DNA of 64,000 bases from the human T2T-CHM13v2.0 reference genome, Homo sapiens, in the NCBI RefSeq assembly GCF_009914755.1, contig NC_060939.1; one strand, 5' to 3'. Of the stretch, positions 27,701-45,268 are shown one piece after another. The position numbers and the translations under genes are program-made. The number at the start of each line of letters is the position of its first letter. Positions within the stretch are counted from its first letter, which is position 1. The notes below the pieces were generated by a model, which worked only from the letters and a program-made list of their open reading frames with translations, did no database searches and was not told the DNA's origin.

Positions 27701-28781
27701 AGAACATAATGAAATTTTCATATCTTCGCCCATACCTTGAAACATTGTAAATAAAAAGCTACAAATATAGTTTCATTGAATAACCAAATGCCAAAACTGC
27801 CATTTCTATTGTTGACATGATTGATCTGCATTGGCAAATGTAATAGATACTTTCTGTTTGGCCCTTGTCCCCTGTTATACTCCCCTATTTACTGGCTTTT
27901 GTCCAAGTGGAATGGTCCATATTGAATATCTCCATCGGTTCCCTTGCTCATTGCCTTCTATGCATGTTCATGAGATTAAAGGGAAGGAGGAAATGGGATT
28001 GGGGGTTATTGCCTAAACTCCCTCTCTGCTAGGTCTCCTTGACCAATCTTTTTCATAAGAAAATTAGTGTTTCCTTCTGTGATCAGGGCAGTTTACTCCC
28101 CAGAACTCTGCCTGCCACTGCTAACCCAGAGTTATTGTGGCGTGTGATTTCTGTGATTCCTTCACCCTTCTCCCCTGACATTTTCGTAAGTAGTCTCTTT
28201 GGAAATAAACCCATGTTAAATTATCTTAGTTTGTGTGTGTTCTATTTTTCCTATTGAGACTCTGAAATGAGTATCTAAATGAAAAAATCTACCATCTTTT
28301 CTCATATACATAGTAGTTTCATTCTTGCAAAATTCATGGCATATTAAAACCATGCAAAAGTACTTGGCACTTAGGCAGTTACATTTGGGATTGTATAATT
28401 AAACAAAGCAGGTTATTCACCTTCATTACATTAGAAAGTCATTCAGGACATACAGCAATCCTTAATTAGGAGCGGCTATCCCATGTTACTGGACATATGG
28501 CATCCCTGTTTTCCAATCCTTAAAGTTTTTCCTTAAAGTATCAAAATGCCGTCACTTATTATTTCCTGCCATTGAATTTTGTCACATGAAGTTGTAAGGC
28601 TGGGAATGCCATAGCCATCTTGAAAACATAGGTACAAAGATAAGAGAATCACAAAGAAGTGGATCATGTTGAATTAACTAAGCATTGATACCATCTATTT
28701 GTTGTGTGATTTGGTCAAAGTTGCTCCTTGTTTTTTTCTTCAATTAGTTGACTATTCTGTTACTTGAAGCTAAAAACATTT

Positions 28782-29091
<310 letters not shown>

Positions 29092-29194
29092 AAAAACATT
29101 TTAACCAATAGCAAAGCACATTATTTCATTACATTTTTTCAAAAGTTGCCAGTAATTTCAATTAAAAATATTATATAACATGTTTAATGCAATA

Positions 29195-29538
29195 CAAATG
29201 CTTTTCAATGTACAATGGGGTTAAGTCTTGATAAGCTGATTATAAATTGAAAATACAGTAAGTTAAAAATGTATTTAATACTTAACTTACTGAATATCAC
29301 AGCTTAGCCTGGCATACCTTTAATGTGCTCAGAACACTTACATCAGCTGACAATTGGGCAAAATCATTGAATACAAAACCCGCTTTATAATAAAGTATTG
29401 GATATTTTATGTAATTTGTTGAATATTGTACTGAAAGTGAAAAGCAGAATGGTTATATTCTATTCAAAGCTATCAATTTTGCTTCATCATAAAGTAAAAA
29501 AATCATAAATTGAACCATTATCAGTTGTTGACCATCTG
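29195..29538 (+). mobile_element. MER47A (Tigger-type MITE)
   Basis: caaatgctttt...atggggtta, cagcttagcctgg...gtgctcagaacacttacat...ttgggcaaaatcat, ends gaccatctg. Confidence 0.8.
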
Positions 29539-29662
29539 TGTATATGTATGTGTGTGTGTACCTATATAAACATGTATGTTTATATATATATTTGTGTGTG
29601 TATATAACCTCGGTGTGTGTGTATGTGTGTTTGAGAGAGTGTGTCTGTGTGTGTGTGTGTAT
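29539..29662. repeat. Imperfect (TG)n/(TA)n microsatellite
   Basis: Alternating tg/ta tracts. Confidence 0.8.
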
Positions 29663-31012
29663 GAAATTGTAGGGAAGTAAAATTTCTTATCTTATAGATA
29701 TAGCATGTTAACATGTTGGTACCTATCCTCCTGAGATGTAAAATTTTACATGGATAGATGTGTACATTTACAGTTGTACACAAAGAGAAACATATTCTGT
29801 AGGCTCTTTGTTTTTCTGCAGTTTCATTCAACACTATCTGGTTTATATGGGTGATTACATATATAATGCTAGGATTAAGGTTCTTCTCTATAACTTTGAA
29901 ACTTCCTTGATTATCAACCCTTGGTATATTCTTAGAATAGGATTTTATTTTAGAATTAAGATCCTTGTTTCAGGACTCTAGACTGTTAACACACAGAGCC
30001 AATAATTATTCAGAATGGTTGGGTTAGTTCACATTCCCACAGAGGAGACATCAAATGTCCAGGCTGCACAGCCTCATTAACACTAGATTTTCTGGACATT
30101 TTATATAGTATTTCATCTGATATAAAAAGTAGAATTCTAATTTGGTTAAGGTTGTTAATTTATTTTTACATTTTTAGTCATTATGAAAATGTGTTACTAT
30201 ATGAAAAGCCAGGAAAGGGTTTTTTTTTTTTAAGGTAGTACTTCAGAAATATTTATGATACTTAATTTTTAAAAATTAACTCTAAAAGAATCTTGAAATG
30301 TCTGTTTAATAAAATAGGACATAAATACTGGTCACATTAGTGAAAAATATTTGTTTAAAATTAAAATATCTGCAGCAATCCTGTAGATATTAATAAGTTT
30401 TTAAAGAATGACATCTTCAAAATATAACTGTTCTAAACTAATATGTCTCCATTAATACATATAGATACATATATCTAAATAAATTTGAAGACTTCAAATT
30501 CAAGGTACAATATAATTTTTTTCTATCCTTTGATTTGTCATTCAGGATTTTGTAATTTGAACAGAAATATTTTGCCCTAACCACAGGTCTGTCTTTTCTC
30601 TTACTAAAAATATTATTTTATGTAAAATTGTTTTAAAGGTCAGTTTGCAAGTTTGAAAAGCATCTTGTACAATGTTACATAATATATTGCATATTTGGTT
30701 ACATTGTTTTAACTGTGTAAATATGGTTTAAATCTGTGATGCTCTTTAGTGATGATCATGATGCAAATCAAATTTGTCTGTATAAAAGGCTCCTGTTAAT
30801 TTTTTTTATTATACTTTAAGTTTTAGGGTACATGTGCACAACGTGCAGGTTTGCTACATATGTACACATGTGCCATGTTGGTGTGCTGCACCCATTAACT
30901 CCTCATTTAACATTAGGTATATCTCCTAATGCTATCCCTACCCCCTCCACCCACCCCACAACAGTCCCCGGTGTGTGATGTTCCCCTTCCTGTATCCATG
31001 TTTCCTCATTGT

Positions 31013-34837
<3,825 letters not shown>

Positions 34838-34900
34838 TATGATGTTAGCTGGTTATTTTCCTCGTTAGTTTATGCAGTTTCTTCCTAGCCTTGATGGTCT

Positions 34901-35916
34901 TTACAATTTGGCGTGGTTTTACAGTGGCTTGTACCAGTTGCTCCTTTCCATGTTTAGTGCTTCCTTCAGGAGATCTTTTAGGGCAGGCCTGGTGGTGACA
35001 AAATCTCTCAGCATTTGCTTGTCTGTGGAGCATATTATTTCTCCCTCACTTATGAAGGTTAGTTTGGCTGGATATGAAATTCAGGGTTGAAAATTCTTTC
35101 CTTTAAGAATGTTGAATATTGGCCCCTACTCTCTTCTGGCTTGTAGAGTTTCTGCAGAGAGATCAGCAGTTAGTCTGATGGGCTTCCTTTTGTGGGTAAC
35201 CCGACCTTTCTCTCTGGCTGCCTTTAAAATTTTTTCTTTCATTTCAACTTTGGTGAATCTGACAATTATGTGTCTTGGAATTGTTCTTCTCAAGGAGTAT
35301 CTTTGTAGCATTCTCTGTATTTCCTGAATGTGAATGTTGGCCTGCCTTGCTAGATTGGGGAAGTTCTCCTGGATAATATACTGCAGAGTGTTTTCCAACT
35401 TGGTTCCATTCTCCCTGTCACTTTCAGGTAAACCAAATAGACGTAGATTTGGTCTATTGACATAGTCCCATATTTCTTGGAGGCTTTGTTCATTTCTTTT
35501 TATTCTTTTTTCTCTAAACTTCTCTTCATGCTTCATTTCATTCATTTCATCTTCCATCACTGATACCCTTTCTTCCCGTTGATCACATCGGTTACTGAGG
35601 CTTATGCATTTGTCATGTAGTTTTCATGCCATGGTTTTCAGCTCCGTCAGGTCCTTTAAGGACTTCTCCACATTGGTTATTCTAGTTATCTGTTCGTCTA
35701 ATTTTTTTTCCAAGTTTTTAACTTCTTTGCCATTGGTTCGAACTTCCTCCTTTAGCTCGGAGTACTTTGATCTTCTGAAGTCTTCCTCTCTCAACTCGTC
35801 AAAGTCATTCTCCGTCCAGCTTTGTTCCATTGCTGGTGAGGAGTTGCATTCCTTTGGAGGAGGATAGGCACTCTGATTTTTAGAGTTTCCTGTTTTTCTG
35901 CTCTGTTTTTCCCCAT
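34901..35916 (-). pseudogene. L1 ORF1p (disrupted)
   Basis: ATG at 35916. Fragments EQSWTENDFDEL and RNEQSLQEIWDYV...RLTADLSAETLQARRE, broken by stops and frameshifts. Confidence 0.9.
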
Positions 35917-38289
35917 CTTTGTGGTTTTATCTACCTTTGGTCCTTGATGATGGTGACATACAGATGGGGTTTTGGTGTGGATGTCCTTTCTGTTTGTTAG
36001 TTTTCCTTCTAACAGTCAGGACCCTCAGCTGCAGGTCTGTTGGAGTTTACTGGAGGTCTCCTCCAGACACTATTTGCCTGGGGGGTATCAGCAGTCGTGG
36101 CTGCAGAACAGTGGATATTGGTGAACTGCAAATGCTGCTGCCTGATCGTTCCTCTGGAAGTTTTGTCTCAGAGGGGTACCCGGCCATGTGAGGTGTCAGT
36201 CTGCCCCTACTGGGGGGTGCCTCCCTGTTAGGCTACTCGGGGTTCAGGGACCCACTAGGTGGGGGTTGTCTGCCCGTTCTGAGATGTCAAGCTGCGTGCT
36301 GGGAGAACCACTACTCTCTTCAAAGCTGTCAGACAGGGACATTTAAGTCTGCAGAGGTTATTGCTGTCTTTTGTTGGTCTGTGCCCTGCCCCCAGAGGTG
36401 GAGCCTACAGAGGCAGGCTGGCCTCCTTGAGCTGTGGTGGGCCACCCAGTTCGAACTTCCTGGCTGCTTTGTTTACTTACTCAAGCCTGAGCAATGGCGG
36501 GCGCCCCTCCCCCAGCCTCACTGTTACCTTGCAGTTTGATCTCAGACTGCTGTGCTAGCAAACAGCGAGGCTCTGGGGGTGTAGGACCCTCCAAGCCAGG
36601 TGCTGGATATAATCTCCTGGTGTGCCATTTGATAAGCCTGTTGGAAAAGCGCAGTATTAGGGTGGGAGTGACCTGATTTTCCAGGTGCCATCTGTCACCC
36701 CTTCATTTGACTAGGAAAGGGAATTCCCTGACCCCTAGTGCTTCCCAGGTGAGGTGATGCCTTGCCCTGCTTTGGCTCATGCATGGTGCGCTGCAACCAC
36801 TGTCCAGCACTCCCCAGTGAGATGAACCTGGTACCTCAGTTGGAAATGCAGAAATCACCCGTCTTCTGCATCACTCACGCTGGGAGCTGTAGACTGGGGC
36901 TGTTCCTATTCGGCCATCTTGGCTCCACCCTCTAATTTTTAACTTTCAAAAGATTAGATACATTTACCCTCCTCTGAATTTTAATTCCTGATGGAAAGAT
37001 TGTGAAATCTCAAGAGGATAATGAATCAGCTTCTGATTATATTCTGGAATTGCTATTTGATCACACATCCAAGAATGCGTATTCACTTTCCTTTACATTA
37101 CACACATGCATAATACCATGCTGAGTGATGCTGGAAAAAGTGAGTCTTCAGTAATGCCCTCATGAAATTACAGTCTCACTACACTGAGGTATTTTCTTTT
37201 TAACCCTTTCTTTCTTTTCTGCTGTGAATATGTGCCTTCTAAGAGGTGAACAACGGGAAAAACTGAAAAAGATCCTTCATCTAATTCAGTAACTAGTTTT
37301 TGTATCTTCTAAAAATTTTTATCTCCAGAAAGCTCTAATTTTCATTCCTTTACAAGCTTTATTTCTCTCTCCTTTCCAACACCAGACTTTGCTCTGTTTG
37401 TTTTCTATATCTTTTTTAGAGATGCCTACAATAGAAAAAATCTATGACATATTCAATACATCTGAAAAGTTTACATTGCCATAGATAAGAATGAATTATC
37501 TGTTTATAAAGAAAAAACAATAAAAATATGAACCAAGAAAGCACAGAAGGTAGTAACCACATTTAGATGTTTATCATGGAATCATCTTTATAATCCATCT
37601 GTTACAATTCCACACAGCAAATTACAAGTAATTGTGAAGTTTCCCCTCATTTTATAGGTTTGGTCTTATAAGGCATACAACACAAATTTTAATTACTTTT
37701 CTTTTTGGTATTTGGATCTTAATTTGGTCAAGTGGCCACTGGGTAGATGATGGAGCCTCTTGAGACATACAGTCTTCTTCTAGCTTTGTTGATGTGAATA
37801 TTACTGTGTATTTTTCATTCACTTATTATTTTACAAGGCATGCTTCATTAAAAATATATCAGCATCTCATTGACAAATCACAAAATTTAAAAGGCACCAG
37901 AAAAAAACAATTTATTTAAAACATTCCTGTGTAAAAGTAGTCACCACTCTTACTATTCTTCAAATATTTTTATTATATTTAAAAACAAGCCTAGTTTTAT
38001 CTCGAGTGTCTGACCTTGATGATATTGTACATTTTAAACTTAGAAAAATTGAACTCTATTGGAAATTTCCTACAGATCAGCTTTTCTAGATGCCAAGCGC
38101 CTTGTTTCAGCCATGGTGATGACAGCAAATTGGGTTCTCAGGGATTCTGGCCTCTGGCATCATCTCAGTTATTTATAATTGAAGTTGGGTCTGATGAGAA
38201 CGCAGCTTAGATGCATGGTGGGACTGCTGGGCTTAAGGCTGGCCTGCCAGGAGGTTGCATTGAGGTGTAACTAGGCAAAGAAAGAAGGA

Positions 38290-38738
38290 GTTTATTGAGA
38301 CATTACTGACAATAGCAAAGACTTGGAACCAACCCAAATATCCAACAATGATAGACTGGATTAAGAAAATGTGGCACATATACACCATGGAATACTATGC
38401 AGCCATAAAAATGATGAGTTCATGTCCTTTGTAGGGACATGGATGAAGCTGGAAACCATCATTCTCAGCAAACTATCACAAGGACAAAAAAACAAACACC
38501 ACATGTTCTCACTCATAGGTGGGAATTAAACAATGAGAACACATGGACACAGGAAGAGGAACAGCACACACTGGGGCCTGTTGTGGGGTGAAGGGCTAGG
38601 GGAGGGAAAGCATTAGGATATATACCTAATGTAAATGACGAGTTAATGGGTGCAGCACACCAACATGTCACATGTATACATATGAAACGAACCTGCACGT
38701 TGTGCACATGTGCCCTAGAACTTAAAGTATAACACAAA
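38290..38738 (+). mobile_element. 5'-truncated L1PA5-like 3' end
   Basis: caatagcaaagacttggaaccaacccaaa...cctaatgtaaatgacgagttaatggg. Approximate TSD aaagaagg(a/g)gtt at 38281 and 38739. Confidence 0.9.
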
Positions 38739-40346
38739 AAAGAAGGGGTTGGGCAAAATTACCAACAATCTTCAACTATGAATTTGTATGAGTAGGGGCT
38801 TCCCACACCATCAGGCACTCCAAGTTGGAGAAACAAGGGATGTTGAATTGAAAGTTTAATTTTTTAGGCTTGATAGTCAGATTAGGGAAGTTTTGGGTAC
38901 ATCTTTCCCACTCTAGAGCCCTCTCCCTAACTCAGGGCCAATTTGGGACATGGGCTCAATGGAAAAGAGTGCCTAGATCAATTAGAAATATCCATCATGA
39001 ACATAGGAGGCAGGCATTCTGGCCAAGGGGGTGCATCTTCCCACTTTGTAATCCAGAGAGCGATTTCTTCTTGCTATCTGTCCCTCCATAAATAAGCGTT
39101 GGGTGAAGGACAAGCTAGTTACCATTGAGGATGGAATGAAATTCTACCAGAATTGCAAAATGAACTGAGAGCCACGAAAGTGTTCCTCTGTGAACCAGCA
39201 GAGAGATCTGTGGAAGGCAAAGGAAGAGGAGCCAAGAGGCCAGATAACATTCCTGCTTCCCCTACATTGTGAGAGTGAAATTGTCAGCAACCTATATCAG
39301 TAATTAACCAGAGGCTTTTTGGAGAGTAAGACTTCTGATAGATACCTCAATAGCTGAAGTTGCTCTTCAGTACTGCACATAACCTGTGGACAGATTTTCA
39401 TCGTTATTAATTCATTTATTCAACAGATAGATATTAAATTCAAGGCATAGTTCTAAACTATGCAGTCAATTACAAAAAAATAATAATGAAGGACATTAGC
39501 TCTGCCTCATAGGACGTTAAAACTCTAGCTGCTAAATGAGACAAATAGGGTTCCCACATCAAGTGCCTGGGCTCCTGTTATAACCTGGACTCTGCTTCCA
39601 TTGGCTTCTCTTGTTTCTGTTTTGATAAACCCATCATTTGGCTTAGTCCCTACCCTTTCCATGCTCACCCACCAGTAGGTGGACCTCCTTGACCATAACT
39701 ACAGACATAGATCTTTGATTGTTTCTTTTCAAATGTTTGCTTACTTTAGAGGTGCAGTCAAATGTTGTTTGGACCATAAGACTCTGAGGCTGTGTGTGGT
39801 TGAAACTGTCTTGAGACTCAAAGAGCTATTGAGGAAGGGATTTGATAGCTGAACTCTTTTGAAGATTTTCTCTGTCTCTCACACATCTGGGGCTGAATAG
39901 CTTAACGTTTAATTTCTACATCGACGATAGTTTAATAGCCATTCATGCAAATCAGTTCTGCTGTGAGTTATTATCCTACTCCAATACCAAGTAACACATT
40001 CCTTAAATTTAGTGTATGTATAAATTCTACATGGTAAGTGAAGCTGTCTTTATGAATTGCTGCTATAGAATATACTAGATTGTGTAGGTTTTAGTACAAT
40101 CCAGGTAATTATCAAGCCTTTGTAATATTTTCAGGAAAGTGATCCTTTCACTTCAGTTTATGGAACTTGAAAATTTTTTAGTTGCCACCGACTAGTTAGA
40201 TCATAAACTTAATTCTATGTATCTGAATTTATTTTTCTATTTATAAATTTATCTGGATGCTTTCTCAAAGGTTTCTCAGTTTAAAAACCTATGGCTTTGT
40301 AAAATTAAAACAGAAGTAATAGGAATTGTGTTAAAAAACAGAATCA

Positions 40347-40654
40347 GGCCAAGCCTGGTGGCTTATGCCTCTAATGCCAACACTTAGGGAGGCCAAGGCG
40401 GGAGGATAATTTGAGGTCAGGAGTTCAAGACCAGCCTGGACAACATGGCAAAACCCCACATGTATTAAAAAAATACACAAATTAGCTGGGCGTGGTGGTG
40501 AATGCCTTTAGTCCTAGCTACTCAGGAGGCTAAGGCAGGAGAATAGCTTGAACCTGGGAGGCTGAGGTTGCAGTGAGCCAAGATAGAGCCACTGCATTCC
40601 AGCCTGGGTGACAGAGTGAGATCCTGTCTTAAAAAAAAGGAAAAAAGAAAAAGA
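40347..40654 (+). mobile_element. Alu (old AluS/J-like)
   Basis: Full dimer with a 14-bp TSD aaaaaacagaatca at 40333 and 40655. Confidence 0.95.
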
Positions 40655-40717
40655 AAAAAACAGAATCATACAATGAGAGAGATTGTATAGCCCTTTTAAT
40701 TGTCCATAATGGATACA

Positions 40718-40790
40718 TTTCTTTTTCTGTGTAATAGTTTATCAGCATGAAAATTTTCTTTTTCTGTGTAATAGTTTATCAGCATGAAAA
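40718..40790. repeat. 37-bp period tandem duplication
   Basis: tttctttttctgtgtaatagtttatcagcatgaaaa occurs twice, identically. Confidence 0.95.
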
Positions 40791-40804
40791 AAAAGAGTCA
40801 CTGA

Positions 40805-41102
<298 letters not shown>

Positions 41103-43187
41103 TGATGATTTTCATTTAATGGTGTTCTACAAAGTGAGTTTAGGCAGTGAAAGGGCACAAGTCACCTATAGTTTACCAGAAAGTAGTATCAGTCACCAGC
41201 GTTGAAGCATACTCCTAACCCTGGAAAATTTCTTCAGCAGCCAGAATTAATCTCAGATTTTGAGACTGGAGCAAAGACTAATTTGGTATGTGTTCATTCA
41301 GATTAGTAAATCTCCATGGTGTTCGAACTGTATAATATCAAATCTAAAATAAGTCAAGAGAGTTGGACAATATCTCATCTCTGAGAAAAAAATGCATTAT
41401 TTTCAAGAGATTTAAGACTGAATTTAAAATCCAACTGCCTATTCCAGTGTATGTTTCTCTAGAATAAGGCCAAGCCCTACAAATTCTGGATAGTGTCCTC
41501 CAAGTTGTGTTTAAGTGATAATTGATAAATCTATGGTTTAGATACATATGGAATTCCACATAACTCTAGCTCCAGCCTTTGCGAGTAAAAATTGGCAGTG
41601 ATCATGGCCTTAATGGAGGCATGTGGTTAATTGGAATTTTCAGTACAAAAAGTCTTCTTCTTACTAGTTTATCAGGGTACCCTATAATAGTATCCATAAC
41701 TCATTGCCCACTTGTCTGTTTTGATTTCTTTTTTAAAAATACAATTTTAAACTTAGAGGTTTTGTACCTCAAGTCACATATGTGGCACATTTATAAAATA
41801 ATCATGCCTTTGTATATTTTTCCTTTGATATCTTAGCTGTATATACAAGCCATTTGTGTTTTTTAATTGCCACAAATATTGCACTGAAATAGAGCACTAG
41901 TTGCAAAATGCCTGGTATAACATTTCTTCTTGTTCTTGAAAGTAATTTTAATACCCCATGTTTAAGATATTCCTAGACAACTATAAGTAACTATAATTAT
42001 TTCTGCTAGGTAGAAGCATCTTTGTGGTCAACATTTGTGAAGTGCCTTGTAAATAAAAATATGCTTGAGTAGAAATAGTATTTTGCAAATATAGCCCTAA
42101 AGAGACCTACTGATTTTACCAAGAATTAAAGACTCCAAACTCTGTCTTTGTCTTTCAAATTTGGTTTATAGGAACATCTCATTACAATGAGCAAAAAGCC
42201 TATCTGATCATTAAAGAGATAATTTTGACACTTCCAAATGACACAGCTAATTTGTAGTAGATTTTTGAAGTGCAAATTACATGTTTCTGTTTAAATAATG
42301 ACAGTAAAATATGGACACTACCTATTCACACTCTATATACACAACTACAACTTGTCTCTAGAAGAAAAGTTTAATTTTTCAGGTCTCATCCACAAAATGA
42401 AGTGTTAATAAGCTGTATCTTTATTCTCACTTTTAAGTAATTTCTTCTTAACCATTGTATAACACTACCACAGTTTGTATGGAGATAAAATAACTCATGG
42501 TGAGAAATCCAGTTCTTTAAAAAATCATTTGACCTTCAATCACTTTTAAGATATCTATGGTTTTAGAGTAAGGACGAAAATTTATAAACATTTGTTAAAT
42601 TATGCAACTGTTTTTGAAGTTGTTTCAAAATTACATTTTCCTTATTTTACAACTAGTTTTCATGTATTCACAAATGAGACACATGAGAATTATTAATGCA
42701 AAAGCACAGCATATCAACAAAGTTTATAATGTAAATAGTTTAGTTAGGAAAGAATGTAATGAGTGAATTATCAAAGCTATTTTATTGGTTCCTAGATTTA
42801 CCATAGAAGAAAATAAAGCAGCCTTATAAAAATTTCTCAGCACTGAGTCCATTTAAGGTCTATTTTGTATGCTGTAAGTTCTAAAAAATGTTATTGCCGG
42901 TAAAAATAGGATGCCTATCTAAAATTGTCTTTTTAAAGGTTCTCTCTTATTCTTCTTCCCTTCCTATGTGTGCACAGAATACTGTCATCGTCTTGATTGG
43001 AACACTGTCTCTCTTTCTCAGAGGGTGTACATTTGTAGAAGGGAGAAAATATTTGTTAATTTTGCTTCCTATAAGATAAGGTCTCAATGGTTGAAGGTCA
43101 GTTGACAAACTTTTTTTTGTCTTCATACTATTATCTTGGAATTACCAACTGGCTTCTATTTAGATTTTGAATAATGAAAGAAAAGAA

Positions 43188-43410
43188 CTAGCATTTCTTA
43201 GAACTTACTGTGTTCCAGAAACTTTATTGATGCCATTTCTTCTCATTATCACATTCATTCTTTCAATTAGTATTATTTTTTTCCATCTTAATAAGGTGGG
43301 ACCAGAGGTTTTGTAATATCCACTAACCCACTGTGGATTTCATGGATTGCAAGAGGAAGAAAGCATGGTGGAACTCAGGTTTCTCTGATTCCAAATTCAC
43401 ATCCTTTCAT
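43188..43410 (-). mobile_element. MIR (degenerate)
   Basis: agcatttcttagaacttactgtgttccag...gaactcaggtttctctgattccaaattc. Confidence 0.45.
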
Positions 43411-43495
43411 GTCTCCATGAAAAATAGAAAAGATAAATTGGGCTCTATTCTAACAAGAGAAACACAATTTTCCGTCAGTTAAATGAATAATTCTT

Positions 43496-43616
43496 TTTTA
43501 TTTTATTTTATTTTATTTTTATTATTATACTTTAAGTTTTAGGGTACATGTGCACATTGTGCAGATTAGTTACATATGTATACATGTGCCATGCTGGTGC
43601 GCTGCACCCAGATACC
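43496..43616 (-). mobile_element. Extremely 5'-truncated young L1 (L1PA2/pre-Ta-like)
   Basis: cacattgtgcag..tagttacatatgtatacatgtgccatgctggtgcgctgcaccca, with a perfect 16-bp TSD taaatgaataattctt at 43480 and 43617. Confidence 0.9.
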
Positions 43617-44369
43617 TAAATGAATAATTCTTAAACCTCAAAAATAAAACGTAACAAAACCTCAATTCAAGAGTAGAGATAAAGGTTGTGACATGGGTAG
43701 CAGGGACATATGTCTAGTGACATAGATTTCCTATGCATATCTCACCAAAAATCCCCCTCATGATTTTCAAATCAGATGCATAACTATATTTAATGAGTTT
43801 CCCGAATCATTAATATCAGGCTCTGAAAACAGGATCATTAAAAATGATTAAGACTTTCAACAACAAAGATCTTATCTAAATAGTAAGGAAATTATATTAG
43901 ATGGCTCCATTCCCTGGGCAGTCTAGTTAACAATTCGACTTGTTCAAAGCTATAAAATATGGCAACTTAAAAAATTATGAAAGTTTTTCTAACTTTGTGC
44001 TTAAGGTAGTTGGCCATTCTTCCTCTTGGGAATAAGAAGGGTAGATTTTCTGTCGAAGTATTTTGCTATTGCTTTTCAATTTCCTTTTATGGAAAATAGA
44101 TAAAATAGCAATTTTTTAATTATAAATTTAAAGTCAAAATGGAGATAATTAAGTATCTCCATTAATTAAGTAAAGATTAATTTTTTTAAAATAGCATTTA
44201 CTACATTCTAATCAATCAATTGATTGACTATTTTTATCCCTGGCTCAATGTAACTCTCTTTGACATACTCTTGTCTTAATTCTAGTTTAAGTCAACAATG
44301 TGTAATCATAGATGACTCCTTGCCATTTTGATCTCTCAGTTCTATGAACACCTTTGATCTAACAATAAT

Positions 44370-45066
44370 GTTTTCCAACAGAATTATTTCTACTCAAATT
44401 TCTGAGATCAAATTTGTGGATTCAGTCTCACCCCAATCAATTCTTCAACTCTCAGGACACCAAATGGTGTCCTACAATTCAATTCAATCCTGAGACTATC
44501 TATCTGGAGATAGCATCAGATCCCAAAAGTTCAGGGTTCAGGCCCACAAGACTGCCCCCACACCATTAGAGAGGAGTTGTGGGCCTCCCATACTCCTGAC
44601 CAACTGTCTATAAATTAGGACCTCCATGGATTCCTTCCCCAGGTTCTATAATTTGCTAAGATGGCGCACAGAACCCAAGAAAGCACTTAGCTTACAGTCA
44701 CTGTCTGATACAAATCAGGAACTGTCAAATAGAAGAGACACATAGGGCCAGGTATGGTGAAAAGGGGCACAAAGCTGCCATATGACCTCTAAGTATATCA
44801 CTCTATCACCCTCCCAGCACCCCAGAGGTGATGGAGGAGAGGGCTGACAGTTTCAACCATCTAGTTATGCCTTCATGTTTCTGATGTCCAGCACACACCC
44901 TGAAGCTATACGGGTCTCCAGCCAGCACTCATGTCATGTCAATAGCATAAACTCAGGTATGGCTAAAAGGGACTTATGACTAGTAAAGGATGGTCCTCTC
45001 ATCTCTATCAGGAAATTTCAAGTTTTAGGAGCTCTGTACTGTGAACTGGGGAGGAAGACCAAATAG
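44370..45066. mobile_element. MER21-like LTR
   Basis: gtgtcctacaattcaattcaatcctgagact...ctggagatagcatcagatccc...cccacaagactgcccccac and ttttaggagctctgt...gaagaccaaata. Confidence 0.75.
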
Positions 45067-45079
45067 GACATACCCTAGA

Positions 45080-45268
45080 CCAGTTGTGCTAACTACAGTG
45101 TGCCTCAAAATTGCCTACAGTTGTGTTACAATAAGAGATTCCTGAGGCCTGCTATTGGAATTTCAGATTTGGTAGATCTGGGGCTGTAACCTGAGAATAT
45201 GCACTTCTAGTAAGTTCCCAGGTGATGCTGATGCTGCTAGCACAGGGACCACACTTCCAGACGAACTG
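45080..45268. mobile_element. MER5A (hAT-Charlie MITE)
   Basis: gtagatctggggctgtaacctgagaatatgcacttctagtaagttcccaggtgatgctgatgctgctagc...gggaccacactt. Confidence 0.75.

Noticed and set aside
40595-40630. An Alu ending gggtgacagagtgagatcctgtc, the same 3' variant as the satellite Alu fragment (possible local donor)
   Set aside because: Its upstream bases differ (ccaagatagagcc versus ctgagattgtgcc), it has intact TSDs and an ordinary tail, and this variant arises easily in old Alus.
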